Source of the DNA: Leucoraja ocellata | Taxonomy: Eukaryota | Length of the DNA: 64,000 bases | Assembly (NCBI GenBank): GCA_036785375.1 | Contig: JAWMAR010000611.1 | Location: forward strand, 620,001 to 684,000 | Reading direction: 5' to 3' | Shown here: positions 11,762 to 26,065 of the stretch, one piece after another | How the letters are laid out: the number at the start of each line of letters is the position of its first letter | Numbering within the stretch: position 1 is the stretch's first letter | Translations under genes and position numbers: made by a program | Notes under the pieces: generated by a model | Told to the model about the DNA's origin: nothing | Database searches by the model: none | The model's input: only the letters and a program-made list of their open reading frames with translations

Positions 11762-13460
11762 GTGAACTGTGAGGAGGATGCTATGAGAATGCAAGGTGAC
11801 TTGAACAGGTTGGGTGAGTGGGCAGATGCATGGCAGATTAAGTTTAAAGCGGATAAATGTGAGGTTATTCACTTTGGTAGCAAAAACAGGAAGGCGGATT
11901 ACTATCTAAATGGCGTCAAGTTGGGAAAAGGGGAAGTACAATGGGATCGGGGGTCTTTGTACATCAGCCTATGAAAGTGAGCATGCAGGTACAGCAGGCA
12001 GTGAAGAAAACAAATGGCATGTTGGCCTTTATAACAAGAGGAATCGAATATAGGAGCAAAGAGGTCCTTCTGCAGTTGTACAGAGCCCTAGTGAGACCAC
12101 ACCTGGAGCATTGTGTGCAGTTTTGGTCCCCTAATTTGAGGAATGACTTTCTTGCTATTGAGGGAGTGCAGCGTAGGTTTACAAGGTAATTCCTGGGATG
12201 GCGGGATTGTCATATGCTGAGAGAATGGAGCAGATGGGCTTGTACACTCTGGAGTTTAGAAGGATGAGAAGATATCTCATTGAAACATATAAGATTGTTA
12301 AGGGTTTGGACACGCTAAAGGCAGGAAACATGTTCCCGATGTTGGGGGAGTCCGGAGTCCAGGGGCCACAGTTTCAGAATAAGGAGTAAGCCATTTAGAA
12401 CGGAGACGAGGAAACACTTTTTCTCACAGAGAGTGGTGAGTCTGTGGAATTCTCTGCCTCAGAGCGCGGTGGAGGCGGGTTCTCTGGATGCTTTCAAGAG
12501 AGAGGGCTCTTAAAAATAGCGGGGTCAAGGGATATAGAAACATAGAAACATAGAAATTAGGTGCAGGAGTAGGCCATTCGGCCCTTCGAGCCTGCACCGC
12601 CATTCAATATGATCATGGCTGATCATCCAACTCAGTATCCCGTACCTGCCTTCTCTCCATACCCTCTGATCCCCTTGGCCACAAGAGCCACATCTAACTC
12701 CCTGTTAAATATAGCCAATGAACTGGCCTCAACTACCCTCTGTGGACAGAGAGTTCCAGAGATTCACCACTCTGTGTGAAAAAAGTTCTCCTCATCTCGG
12801 TTTTGAAGGATTTCCCCCTTATCCTTAAGCTGTGACCCCTTGTCCTGGACTTCCCCAACATCGGGAACAATCTTCCTGCATCTAGCCTGTCCAACCCCTT
12901 AAGAATTTTGTAAGTTTCTATAAGATCCCCTCTCAATCTCCTAAATTCTAGAGAGTATAAACCAAGTCTATCCAGTCTTTCTTCATAAGACAGTCCTGAC
13001 ATCCCAGGAATCAGTCTGGTGAACCTTCTCTGCACTCCCTCTATGGCAATAATGTCCTTCCTCAGATTTGGAGACCAAAACTGCACGCAATACTCCAGGT
13101 GTGGTCTCACCAAGACCCTGTACAACTGCAGTAGAACCTCCCTGCTCCTATACTCAAATCCTCTTGCTATGAAAGCCAACATACCATTCGCTTTCTTTAC
13201 TGCCTGCTGCACCTGCATGCCTACCTTCAATGACTGGTGTACCATGACACCCAGGTCTCGCTGCATCTCCCCCTTTCCCAATCGGCCACCATTTAGCTAA
13301 TAATCTGCTTTCCGTTTTTGCCACCAAAATGGATAACCTCACGTGGGGAGAAGGCAGGAACGGGGTACTGATTGGGGATGATCAGCCATGATCACTTTGA
13401 ATGGCGGTGCTGGCTCGAAGGGCTGAATGGCCTACTGCACCTATTGTCTATTGTCTATTG
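11762..13460 (+). mobile_element. CR1 3' fragment split by a younger antisense CR1
   Basis: RT C-terminal ORFs 11762-12389. The 3' UTR resumes at 13343 (GGGGAGAAGGCAGG...) and ends in (CTATTGT)n. Confidence 0.9.
12535..13342 (-). mobile_element. CR1 3' fragment nested in the previous CR1
   Basis: ORF 12733-13281 is nearly identical to the 4897-6006 product. (TTTCTATG)n tail at 12535-12556. Confidence 0.92.
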
Positions 13461-14575
13461 ACTCTCTAGGTGAAAACGTTTTTCCTCATCTCATTCCTAA
13501 ATGGCCTATCCCTGAATCTTAAACAGTGAGCCTGGTTTTGGACTCCCCCAACATCGGGACCATCATGCTTGCATCTACCCTGTCCAATGCTCTAATAATT
13601 TATGTTTGTACAAGATGCCCTCTCATCCTACTAAATTCCAGCAAATTCAAGTCCAATCTACGCATTCTTTCATCATACGTCAGTCCTGTCATCCCAGGAA
13701 TTAACCTGGTGAACCTACGCTGCACTCACTAAATAGCAATAATGTCCTTCCTCAAATTAGGGGATCTAAATGGCACACAATACCCCAGGTGCGGTTTCAC
13801 CAGGGCTCTGTACAACTGCAGTAGAACCTCTAAACTCAAATCATCTCACTATGAAGACCAACATGCTATTTGCTTTCTTCACTGTTTACTGTACCTGCAT
13901 GCTCACTTTCAGCACAGCCAGGTCTCGTTGCACCTCCCCTTCTCATAATCTTGACGCCATCCAGGTAATAATCTGCCTTCTTGTTTGTGCCACCAAAGTG
14001 GATAACCTCACATTAATCCACATTATACAGCACTGCCATGCTTCTTCCCAGTCAACCAACCTATACGTCACCCCGCAGTCTCATAGAATCTTCCTCGCAG
14101 CCCACACTGCCACCCAGCATTGTGTCACCTGCAAACTTATTGTTACATTTCATTCCATCGTCTAAAGCATTAATATATATTGTGAACAATGGGGGTCCCA
14201 GCAGCGATCCTTGCGGCACCCCACTAGTCACGGCCTGCCAGTAGATCCCCGCTCCCATAGTTTTTCCGGGGAGATTGTTTGTGTCGTCCTTAGTGAAGAC
14301 AAAACTAAAGTACTCATTTAACTGGTCTGCCATTTCATGTTTCTCATTATAAATTCACCTGTTTCTGACTGTAACGGACCTATATTTGCCTTCACTAATC
14401 TCTTCCTCTTCACATATCTTAAAACGTTTTTACAGTCAGTTATTAAATTCTCTGCAAGCTTTCTTTCATGCTCTATTTCCCCCCCCCCCCCCCTTTTGTC
14501 CTCCTCTGTTGAATTCTAAATGTCTCCCAGTCCTCCGGTTTGCTGCTTCCTCTGGCCAATTTCTATGCCTCTATT
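13461..14575 (-). mobile_element. Decayed CR1 ORF2 fragments with internal deletion
   Basis: ORF 14061-14333 ([13 protein letters not shown]) and flanking similarity to other CR1 copies. Confidence 0.8.
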
Positions 14576-14734
14576 AGATTAACACGATCTTCATGATCTA
14601 CATTTTCAATGACCTGAGAATATTTTCGGGTGTAGAAGAGTGAGCAGTGTAAGAGAAGCATCCATGAGAAATAATGGAAATAGCCCCTTTGGGTATCTAT
14701 CCTTGTGAATATATTTAATTGTAATTTTTGAGAT

Positions 14735-15005
14735 GCCGCATGGATACAGGCCCTTGTGCCTAACGAGTCCATGGCGAACATCGACCTGCCGTTCACACTA
14801 GTGTATTGTTATCCCACTTTCTCATCCACATCGAACATATAAAAGGCAATAATACACAGCCCATTGCACCTCCAGATCCGTATATCTTTGGGATGTGGTA
14901 GGAAACCGGAGCCCACGGAGAAAATCTACACGGTTGCAACCTCCACACATACAGCTCCCGAGGTAAGGATCGAACCTGGATCTATGCAACTGTGTGGCAG
15001 TGTGC
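14735..15005 (-). mobile_element. Decayed V-SINE (HE1-like, tRNA-derived)
   Basis: Reverse complement of the V-SINE core (CTCCGGTTTCCTACCACATCCCAAAGAT), a B-box-like CAGGTTCGATCCT, and a CR1-like tail. Confidence 0.65.
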
Positions 15006-15477
15006 AGATTAGGACATGAGCAGGAGCATCACACTAAATACACGCTCCGTGCGTTTTATAACGTATTGAGGGATCTCATCTCCACATCCAACCAATGCTG
15101 CATTTGTCCCAGTGCATTTCATGGGAGAGAGTCAAGTGAACTTTGTCATTGAGCCTCGTCAAGGGTTACCCTCCCCTATAATATTTGTCCGAAAAACAGT
15201 CGCGAGGGCTTTGCTCGGAATATTAGTAGTACATCCCTCTGCTCTTGTAGAATTGGAACGAACAAGGTTTATGGAGATAATCATGTATTTACTAGAGGTG
15301 TCATTGCCCGCGGAGTGACTCCAGCTGATATACCGATAATGCTTAGCTGTGATTAAATGGTTAAATCAAAGACGGATTCTATCGGTGCAAAGAAATTGAC
15401 TTTTGGCTGACGTGCCATCGATGTCTGTTCAATAGACATTTTGTAACATTGTCGGTGCCACATTGTGCACTGCCTAG

Positions 15478-16368
15478 ATGAGGATGCTAGGAGACTGCAA
15501 GGTGACTTGGATAGGCTGGGTGAGTGGGCAAATGTTTGGCAGATGCAGTATAATGTGGATAAATGTGAGGTTATTCATTTTGGTGGCAAAAACGGGAAAG
15601 CAGACTATTATCTAAGTGGTGGCCGATTGGGAAAGGGGGAGATGCAGCGAGACCTGGGTGTCATGGTACACCAGTCATTTAAGGTAGGCATGCAGGTGCA
15701 GCAGGCAGTAAAGAAAGCGAATGGTATGTTAGCTTTCATTGCAAAAGGATTTGAGTATAGGAGCAGGGAGGTTCTACTGCAGTTGTACAGGGTCTTGGTG
15801 AGACCACATCTGGAGTATTGCGTACAGTTTTGGTCTCCAAATCTGAGGAAGGACATTGTTGCCATAGAGGGAGTGCAGAGACGGTTCACCAGACTGATTC
15901 CTGGGATGTCAGGACTGTCTTATGAAGAAAGACTGGATAGACTTGGTTTATACTCTCTAGAATTTAGGAGATTGAGAGGGGATCTTATAGAAACTTACAA
16001 AATTCTTAAGGGGTTGGACAGGCTAGATGCAGGAAGATTGTTCCCGATGTTAAGGAAGTCCAGAACAAGGGGTCACAGCTTAAGGATAAGGGGGAAATCC
16101 TTTAAAACCGAGATGAGAAGAACTCTTTTCACACAGAGAATGGTGAATCTCTGGAACTCTCTGCCACAGAGGGTAGTTGAGGCCAGTTCATTGGCTATAT
16201 TTAAGAGGGAGTTAGATGTGGCCCTTGTTGCTAAGGGGATCAGGGGGTATGGAGAGAAGGCAGGTACGGGATACTGAGTTGGATGATCAGCCATGATCAT
16301 ATTGAATGGCGGTGCAGGCTCGAAGGGCCGAATGGCCTACTCCTGCACTTAATTTCTATGTTTCTATG
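15478..16368 (+). mobile_element. Young CR1 3' fragment
   Basis: Open ORF 15465-16277 matches the CR1 RT C-terminus. 3' UTR hairpin and TTTCTATG tail are present. Confidence 0.95.
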
Positions 16369-17277
16369 AGGTCTGCTGTGCGATTTTACTAGACTGTATG
16401 CAAACATAAAGAATATCACGGCTTCAGTGTGCAAAGGGAAACAACGTGGACACCTCTGGCCTTCGCTAAACTGGAAGATAATGAACATCCATTCGGTATT
16501 TTACTCATTTTTACTCAGGTCACTAACTGTGTGGTGTGTGACTAACAATCATACCCACTATATGAACTACCTGATAACCCTGTGTCAGATCATCTCTAAA
16601 CAGATTCCATACAGAATCCAATACACATTGATGCCCACTGTAAACGTGAAAGCTAATCCCAACCAAACACAGTAGCTGGGATTTACATGATCACAATGGA
16701 TACTTCTGACAATTTAATCAAAATGATGCAGCATGTAACCAATACGATTGGTAGCTGGAAGTTTGCGAGATAGTTTTTTATAGTTTTTTATATTTTGTTA
16801 GTTGTTATTCACCATCAGAATTTTTAGTGTTTGAGCAACACACTGAAAGTGCCTGATTAATTTAGCAGCACGGCCGACAAAGGTGTTTCCTTTCAGTTAC
16901 ATGGTGGGCTCTTGCCCATCATTCATCATTTCGCCACAGAAAATGTAGAAGAGGGGGGATATTCTGATTCAGCAGAATCTGAAATGCATTCCTTTCTTAT
17001 GCTATGTCATTTTATCATTTATTCAATGTGCATTCTTATGATAATAAGGACTATCTCTGTAGAGCCACATAAACACAAACAATTAGAGGGAAGTGCGAGG
17101 CATTAATAAAGTTAATTTAGTTTTCCCCACCGATTTAATGGACATGTTGTCTTGGAGAAGACACGGGGAACCTGAACGATATGGCAGCGAGTTTAAATGG
17201 ATTTGATGTAACATAGGAGGACAAAAGGTTAACAGATAGATCGCACGAGTTGGCCGTTCGATCTCAGATTACTCGTT

Positions 17278-19288
17278 AGAAACATAGAAAATAGGTGCAG
17301 GAGTAAGCCATTCGGCCCTTCGAGCCAGCACTGCCACTCAATACGATCATGGCTGATCATCCAAAATCAGTACCCCGTTCCTGCTTTCTCCCCATATCCA
17401 TTGAGTCCGTTAGCCCTAAGAGCTAAATCTAACTCTATTGAAAACGTCCAGTGAATTGGCCTCCACTGCCTTCTGTGGCAGAGAATTCCACAGATTCACA
17501 TCTCTCTGGGTGAAAAAGGTTTTCCTCATCTCAGTCCGAAATGGCCTATCCCTTAAAATCTTAAACTGTGACCCCTAGTTCTGGACACCCCCGACATCGG
17601 GACATTATGCGTGCACCTACCCTGTCCAATGCTCTAAGAATTTTATATGTTTCTACGTGATATCCTCTCATCCTTCTAAATTACAGTGAATACAAGTCCA
17701 GTTGACCCCTTCTTTCATCATACGTCAGTTCCGCCATCTCGGGATTTAACCTGGTGAACCTACGCTGCACTCCCTCAATGGCATGAATGTCCTTCCTCAA
17801 ATTAGGAGATGAAAATTGCACACAATACTCCAGGTGCGGTCTCACCAGGGCTCTGTATAACTGCAGTTGGACCTCCTTGCTCCTAAATGCAAATCCTTTC
17901 GCTATGAAGGCCAACATGCCATTTGCTTTCTTTACTGCCTGCTGTACCTGCATGCTTACTTTCAGTGACTGATGTACAAGCACACCCGGGTCTCGTTGCA
18001 CACCCCATTCTCCTAATCTGACACCATTCCGATAATAATCTGCCTTCCTGTTCTTACCACCAAAGTGGATAACCTCACATTTATCCACATTATGCTGCAT
18101 CTGCCATGCTTCTGCCCACTCACCCAACCTGTACAAGATGCTATAAGCCCAGTAGCCACATAACATCTTCCTTGCATCCCACACTGCCATCTAGCTTTGT
18201 ATCACCCGTAAACTTAGAGACGTTACATTTAATTCCCTCGTCTAAATCGTTGATATATATTGAAAACAATCAGGGTCCCAGCAACGACCCGTTAATTGCT
18301 ACTCTTTGCTTCCTGTCCACCAACCAGTTCTCTATCCATGTCAATACTCTACCCCCAATACCATGTGCTCTAATTTTGCACACTAATCTCTTTTGCTGGA
18401 CCTTGTCAAAGTCTTTCTGTAAGTCCAGATACACCACATCCACTGGCTCTCCCTTATCCATTCTATTTGTTACATCCTCAAAAAATTCTAAAATATTAGT
18501 AAAGCATGGTTTCCCCATGCTGACTTTGACTGATCCCGTTATTGCTTTCCACATGTGCTGCTATAACATCTTTAATATTCAACTCCAGCATCTTCCCCAC
18601 TACCGATGTAAGGCTAACTGGTCTGTAATTCCCCGTTTATTCTCTCTCCTCCTTTCTTAAAAAGTGGAGTTTCATTGGCTACTCTCCAGTCCACAGGAAC
18701 TAATCCAGAGTCGAGACAACAATGAAAAATGATCACTAATACATCCTAGGGTCACCTTCTTGAGGAGTCTAGGACGCAGACCATCAGGCCCTGGGGATTT
18801 ATCTGCCTTCAGTCCCAACAGTTTACCTAACACCATTTTCTGACTAATGTGGATTCCCTTCGGATGCTCCCTCCCACTAGATCCTCGGTCCCCTAGTATT
18901 TCTGGGAGATTGTTTGTGCCTTCCTTAGTGAGGACAGAATCAAAGTACTCATTTAACTGCTCTGCGATTTCTTTTTTTCCCCATTATATGCTCACCTGTC
19001 TTTGACTGTAAGGGACCTGCATTCGCTAATCTATTTCTTTTTACATCCCTAAATAAACGTTGACAGTCAGTTTTTATATTCCCCGCAAGCTTTCTTTCAT
19101 GCTCTTCCCCCTCTTAATTAACCCCTTTGTCCTCCTCTGTTGGAGTTCCAAATTTCTCCCAGCCCCCTGATTTGCCGCTTCTTCTGGCCAATTTATATGC
19201 CTCTACTTTGGATTTAACCCAATCATTGTCTTCCCTCCTCAGCCACGGTTAAGTCGCTTCCCAGTTTTATTCTTTTGGCAGTTCAGGA
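17278..19288 (-). mobile_element. Decayed CR1 ORF2
   Basis: ORFs 17681-18190 and 18270-18554 (VDVVYLD, KIRAHGIGG). Tail at 17278-17290. Confidence 0.9.
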
Positions 19289-19289
19289 T

Positions 19290-22200
19290 TAGTCTGGCAT
19301 CAGTTTGACGAGAAGGTCGACAAGGTGCTAGAAGCAACTGTGAAGGGAGACGTGGACGGAAGGCTGTGGGCGATGACAACAATCATCATCAGCCTAGCTG
19401 TGGAAAGGTTTGGAGCAGTGGAGAAGAAGCCGGCCAGAACACCTTTCACCATGAACCAACGAGCAACAAAGATCCACAAGATCCAGCAGGTGCTGAAGTC
19501 CCTCAAGAAGCAGAATAAAGAGGCCAGTGAAGAGCAACGTCCCCCCTTGGCTGAGCTGTGAACTATCCTGAGGAAGAAGCTGATGACCCTCCGTAGAGCT
19601 GAGTGGCACCAAAGACGCCGGAAGGAAAGAGCCAGGAAGCGAGGATCATCGTTCATAGCCAACCCCTTCGGCTTCACCAAACAACTACTCGGGCAGAAGG
19701 GCAGTGGGAGTTTGTCTTGCTCTAAGGAGGAGATCGACCGGCACATCCAGACGACCTACAGTGACCCCGTCAGGCAGCAGGAGCTGGGCCAGTGCAACAT
19801 CCTGATAAAACCACCTCCACCCATCAAGGAGTTTGATAGTAGGGAGTCACTCCTGAAAGAGGGAAAGTGGCGCAGCAGTGGCGATTCGCTGAAGGAGTCT
19901 GGATCCCAAAGGAAGAAGATTCCAAGAAGATCGATCAGTTCAGAATCATCTCCTTGCTAAATGTTGAAGGCAAGATCTTCTTCAGCATAGTGGCGAGGTG
20001 GCTGACCAACTTCCTCTTCAGCAATGGCTACATCGACAGCTCAGTGCAAAAGGGAGGCTTGTCTGGAGTGCCGGGGTGTCTGGAGCACACGGGAGTGGTG
20101 ACCCAGCTCATCAGAGAAGCCAGGGAGAACAAGGGAGACCTGACTGTGCTCTGGCTTGACCTGGCCAACTCCTACAGCTCCATCTCGCACAAGCTGATCC
20201 AGACAGTCATGGCCAAGCATCACGTACCCCGCGGGCCAAGTGGCAGATCTCATCCTGGATTATTACAACCAGTACAGCATGAGAGTCTCATCAGGGTCAG
20301 TAACATCAGTGGCACAGACTGGAGGTTGGGATCATCACAGGCTGTACCATCTCTGTGATCCTTGTTACCTTGGCGATGAATATGATCGTCAAGTCTGCTG
20401 AGCCAGAGTGCCGGGGCCCTCGGACCAAGTCAGGAATGCACCAACCACCAATCAGAGCCTTCATGGACGACCTGACTGTCACCACTGAGTCAGTGCCAAG
20501 AGGCAGGTGGATCCTGCAGGGATTGGAGAAGCTGATTGGATGGGCAAGGATGGGCAGGAATATCAAGGTGACTGGTGCTGAAGAAGGGCAAAGTCATGGA
20601 CAGGTTCCGCTTCAGAACCGAAGGGACACCAATCCCAACTGTCTCCCAAAGGCCAGCGAAGAGTCTTGGCAAGGTGTTTAACAGCAGCCTGAAGGATACA
20701 GCATCTGTCCAGGCAACCTGTCAGGAGCTGGAGAGTTGGTTGAGAGCAGTGGACCGGTCGGGGCTTCCCGGAAAGTTCAAGGCATGGATTTACCGGCATG
20801 GTTTCCTGCCAAGGATACTCTGGCCACTGCTTGTCTACAAAGTCCCAATATCCATCGTAGAGAGATTGGAGAGGAAAGTCAGCAGCTTTCTCAGAAGGTG
20901 GCTGGGACTGCCCAGGAGCCTTAGCAGCATCGCCCTTTACGGAAATAACACCAAGCTCCAGCTGCCCCTGAAGTCCCTGGAGGAGGAGTTCAAGGTGACT
21001 CGGGCCAGAGAGGTGATGCTGTACAGGGACTCCGTGAAAACTGGGTGGAAGTGGAGAGCCGGTGAAGCCGTGCTGCAAGCAGAGTCTTGGATACGCTACA
21101 GTCCTGGTGGGAGCAGTGACTCGGGGAAGAGCTGGCCTGGGAATCTTCCCATCTCCCCAGTTTGACAAGGCCAAGGGGAAGGAGAGACGCAGGCTGGTCT
21201 AGCAGGAAGTGAGGGCAGTGGTGGAGGAGGAGAGGTGTACCAGATCAGTTTGAAACAAGTTTGAAACAAGTTTATTCATGGATAACCCCTTGAGATGGAC
21301 AGTCATCTCGTTTTCGAGGGGGTCCAACATAAAACATACAGCACAAGACATAACATACATAAAGGCTCTCATTGACCCACCTACCCACACACCAATCCCA
21401 TAACCCCTCCATCCCCACTTGTTATAGTTTATAACAATTGTTAATTGACTTTACATATCCAATAATAATAACAGTTATATGTTACAGCACAAATGATCAC
21501 ACACAGAGCAAGCTAGATAAAGGAGCTTGAAGACTCTAATACTAGAAACAGGTACATGGTTTTATAAGGAAGGGTAAAAGTGTATTTTTAAATAGACGAA
21601 ATGAGCTAATAGTTCTTATTGTACTAGGCAAAGTGTTCCAGTCAGAAGGAGCTTTGAATTTAAATGCATGTCTCCCAATTTCTTTGTTAGTTCTTGGAAT
21701 GAAAAAGAAGGGTTGCTGAATATGTCTTAGTGAGTATGAGGGTGTGTATGAGTAACAGGTCTTGTTTTAGATAAGAAAGGTAATTGAGTTGGATGCATTT
21801 AAAGATGAACTGGAACCAGTGGTAGCATCTTCGAGCGTGGGGGGATAACCAGTTTAGCGTTTCGTACATAGAACAGTGGTGAGTTATATATGGACACCTT
21901 AAAATAAATCTGCAAAGACTATTATAAACTACATTGAGAGGTTGAAGATGTGTATCAAATGTATTCTGATAGACAATATCAGCATAATCCAGTGTTGGTA
22001 GTAGTAGTTGAGAGACAATTATTTTTCTCATCTGAAAGGTGAAACAATTTATATGGCGGTAAAGAATAGCTAGATTACAGCTGAGTTTTTTAGTAATCGT
22101 CTCACTATGTTTCGTAAATGAAAGCGTTGGATCGAGCCAAACACCAAGATATTTGAAGTTCAATACTTGTTCTAATGGTGATCCTTCAATAAATGATATA

Positions 22201-24215
22201 GTCAAATCTACAGAATTACCAAGGCCTTGTCTGGTACCAAATAACATACTGCATGATTTATTTTTATTTAAAATTAATTTGTTAAATAATAGCCATTTCT
22301 GAACAGAAGTAAGATCTAATTGAAGGGATCTTTCAATTTCTGATTTGTTAGTACTAGATGTATATAGCACTGCATCATCGGCATATAGTTGTGTTTGACA
22401 ATCAGAACAGATATTAGGGAGGTCGTTTATGAAAATAGAGAAAAGGAGTGGTCCCAAGGACGAACCTTGCGGGACCCCCTTCTCAACAATTAAGAAATTG
22501 GATTGACTTCCATTAAAGGTGACACATTGGCGTCTGTTATGAAGGTACGAGTTAAACCACAGTAGATTGTTTTGAGAAAGACCAATAGAGTAAAGTTTAT
22601 CAAGCAGTAGATAGTGGTCAACAACATCAAAGGCCTTGGTTAGATCAAGAAAGATGGCACCGGTGAGTTTACCATCCTCAGAAGCAGTGAACACATCGCT
22701 GGTGAGTTTTAACAGAGCTGTAATTGTGGAGTGATTAGGTCTGAACCCAGACTGGCATGGAGATAGAATGTTGAAAGTTGAGACATAATGTGAAAGCTGG
22801 TTGAACACTAGTTTCTCAAGGATTTTAGCCACCGAGTTGATAATTGAGATGGGGCGGTAATTGTTAATATCGTGTGGTTCGCCTCCCTTATGCAGTGGAG
22901 TAACATTAGCACACTTCCATGCGGAAGGGAGAGTACAAGTTGAGAAAGACAAATTAAACAGGTCGCATAGTGGGTATATTAGAATATTAGCTCCTATCTT
23001 AATTAATTTAGGCTCAATACCAGCTGGACCAGCTCCACAATCATCCTTTAATTAATTAATAGCATGTTGAACGTCAACAGGTTTTATTTTTTGAATAGAA
23101 AAAGAGCTTCTACATGTAGAGGTAGCTGGAAAGTCACATATAATAGATGAGTCAAATACAGTAGAGCTACATACAGTGGAGAAGTGCTGGTTGAAAGCAT
23201 TGGATATAACAGCAGGGTCCTGAATGATGTCAGTTGGATTGAGGCAGCAGGGAGCCTGGACAAGGTGGGAGCAGGCCATGGACCGAAAAGTCACATGGAC
23301 TGAGCTCTGGCAGGCTGAACCACAGCGCATCAAGTTCCTGGTCCAGGCAGTGTATGATGTCCTGCCCAGCCCATCGAACCTCTTCATCTGGGGCAAAGCG
23401 GAATCTCCAGATTGCCCGCAATGCTCAGGCAAGGGGACGTTGGAACACATCCTGAGCTGTTGCCCAAAGGCTCTTGGGCAGGGCCGGTACACATGGCATC
23501 ATGACCAGGTTCTTAAACCATTTTCAGAAGCCATCAGCATGGGAATCAGCAGCTGTAGACGAGAACGCCCCACCACCCAGATGATCACCTCCGTGAAGGC
23601 CGGAGTGCAGCTGCCAAGAACCACAGCAGCCAGGAATCCATCAGGAATCCTGGCGACTGCGCAGGACTGGCAGCTTTCCGTAGACCTGGTGAAACAGCTG
23701 AAGTTCCCACGGCACATTGCCTGAGGCCAGATATCCTCCTGGTCTTAGTGACGACCAAAAACATTGTCTTGTTGGAACTGACAGTGCCGTGGGAGGACCA
23801 TCTGGAGGAGGCCCACGAGAGGAAGATGGCCAAGTATGAAGAGCTGGTCATAGACTGCCGCAAGCAGGGCTGGAAGGCAAGGTGTATGCCCATCGAGGTT
23901 GGCTGCAGAGGTTTTGCAGGGCAATCGCTCTACAGAGCCTTGAGTGCAATGGGCATCAACGGAGTGGCGAGGAGAAGGGCCATCAAGAACACCACAGAGG
24001 CAGCGGAGAAGGCCTCGAGATGGCTGGATCAGGAGAGAAGGTCCATGGGGAGGAGCGAATGCCACCTGAACACAAGTCGTGGTCTGATCAACCACGGCTG
24101 GGTCGCCTGGGTGAGGGTGTCTGATGTTGAAAGACCTGAAACACCCAATGACCCCAGGTTACATCACTGATGATGTGTTCAGGAGCATCTATAGATGTAT
24201 TTGTATCAATCGCCA
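19290..24215 (+). mobile_element. HERO-type non-LTR retrotransposon (RT + CCHC finger + restriction-like endonuclease), 5'-truncated, decayed, with a nested LINE
   Basis: Peptides FRIISLLNVEGKIFF, QKGG..GVPGCLEH, LWLDLANSY, IRAFMDDLT, CPQCSGKGTLEHILSCC, RPDI, LLELTVPWE, PIEVGCRGF. This is the RLE-clade LINE layout typical of HERO. Confidence 0.85.
21251..23229 (-). mobile_element. L2/Crack-like LINE 3' part nested in HERO
   Basis: 421-aa open RT ORF 21687-22952 (YRPISI, QSGFR, FLDLTKAFD, GVPQGS, YADD). AATAAA plus (CTTGTTTCAAA)n tail. TCAGTT is duplicated at 21245-21250 and 23230-23235, and removing the insert restores HERO ...RCTRSVGLRQQGAW. Confidence 0.85.
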
Positions 24216-24625
24216 TGGAGCGCAGGAGGATGTTGAGGGGAGATCTTATAGAGGTGTACAAAATCATGGGGGGAAAAGATCGGGAAGATGCCCCGAGACT
24301 TGTGACCAGAGTGAAGGAATCGAGGACCAGAGGACATAGGTTCAAGGTGAAAGGGAAAAGATTTAACAGGAATCCGAGAGATCACGTTTTCACACCAAGG
24401 GTGGTGGGTGTATGGAACAAGCTGCCAGAGGAGGTAGTTGAGGTTGGGACTATCCCATTGTTTAAAAGACAGTTAGATACATTGATATGACATGGATTGG
24501 AGGGATATTGACCAAGTGCAGGTAAGTGGGACTAGTATAGTTGGGACATTGTTGGTTGATGTGGGCAAGTTGGGCCGAAGGGCCCGTTTCCACACTGTAG
24601 TACACTATGACTGTGACTTATCTAA
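24216..24625 (+). mobile_element. CR1 (second subfamily) 3' fragment
   Basis: ORF 24170-24490 LRGDLIEVYK...RTRGH...WNKLPEEVV and 3' UTR GGGCCGAAGGGCC. Confidence 0.85.
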
Positions 24626-24636
24626 GTTTATCTAAG

Positions 24637-25498
24637 TAGGTATGTTACAAAACCTACCTGAATCGTCATTGGGAATCTGCCCTCAGCCATGTCGGCGATT
24701 TTGGCGCTGTTTGGAGGGGGCGGGTTTAAAACGCGATTTTTACTAGGCTGTACTAATCGCACATGTTCAGCCTAGTAAATTATTAACGAAAAATCGCTGC
24801 AAGACCCGGTCGCAAAAGGTATTATTAGTTTTATAGGCCTCGATAATATAGTTATAATAGTTTTAAAATTACTCTCTGATTTCGCAACCTCTCGCAGCCC
24901 CAGGGTTTTATAAAGCAAACAATTAAAGGTATGTACCTTATTTTTACATTAAATGGGGCATATATATAACCCTGAATATCAAGTTATCTATAACGAATAG
25001 TTCATTTTGGGCTTTTTATATCCCGCAGTATTTTTCTCGGCATATGAGGGCACTAATCCAGCGCTATGTCAACGTTCTAAACCAGCGCGTTCCACATGAA
25101 CCCACTAGAAAGCCGATTTAAATGGGCATTTATTTACAGCAATTGAACACTAAATTCCTTCCATTTGGCCTATAAATTAATGTAAATTAGATATAAAAAT
25201 CATGTTATATTGTGAATTATTTGTGAATAACCTTTGGACACTTAGGCTATTTAAAATGTTAATCTTTCCTTAAGAAATGGGCGTTTGACTATCCAAGATC
25301 ACAGCTTTTTTGTAATGTCCATTGAAAATCAATAGGGAACAAGATGCTAATTTCCGAGTATGAAAATGGTCATAACTTTTTTAACACTTGAGATATGAAA
25401 GTGAATTTGGTGTCAAATTAAACTTATTGTTATGCTTTATCTGATGGGATAAATTGCAGACTTGATTTTTTAAATCTCAAAATTTTGTAACATTGTTA
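24637..25498. mobile_element. Putative non-autonomous DNA transposon with short imperfect TIRs
   Basis: ATGTTACAAAA (24642-24652) and TTTTGTAACAT (25483-25493). ATCTAAG is repeated directly on both flanks (24630-24636, 25499-25505). No ORF. Confidence 0.45.
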
Positions 25499-25506
25499 AT
25501 CTAAGC

Positions 25507-26065
25507 GGTCTTTAAATCTTCGCCATTGCATCTCCACTGTCAACCCTTTAAATAAAATGTGCCTGTCTCTCCTAGCCAGTTCCCGTCTCATACCATCAAA
25601 GTCTATTCAAGTTCAGGAGCCTAGTCTCTGAATTAACCATGTCACTCTCCATTCTAATGTGGAATTCCACCATATTATGGTCACAGTTGAACGAGTGGCT
25701 TTGCACAACAGGATCGCTAACTAATCTGTCCTCGTTACACAATACCCAGCCTGCCCTCTAGTCGGTTCCTCTACATATTGGTTTAAAAACCCATCCCGTA
25801 TACATTCCTGGAAATCCTCCTCAGCACTGTTACCAATTTGGTTGGCCCAATCTACCGGTAAATTGAAGTCACTCATGATAACCGCTGTATCTTTGCTGCA
25901 TGCATCACTAATTTCCTGCTTGATGCTATCCCCAACCTCCATCTTGCTGTTGGGGGTCTGTATCCCACTCCAACAAATGTTTTCTGCCCTTGGCTATTTC
26001 ACAGTTCTACACATACCTGTACTGATTTTACAACATCCAAACGAATGTCTCTCCTTGCTATTGCA
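25507..26065 (-). mobile_element. CR1 endonuclease fragment
   Basis: ORF 25721-25942 EVGDSIKQEI...IMSDFN...LNQYVEEPTR. Confidence 0.8.
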
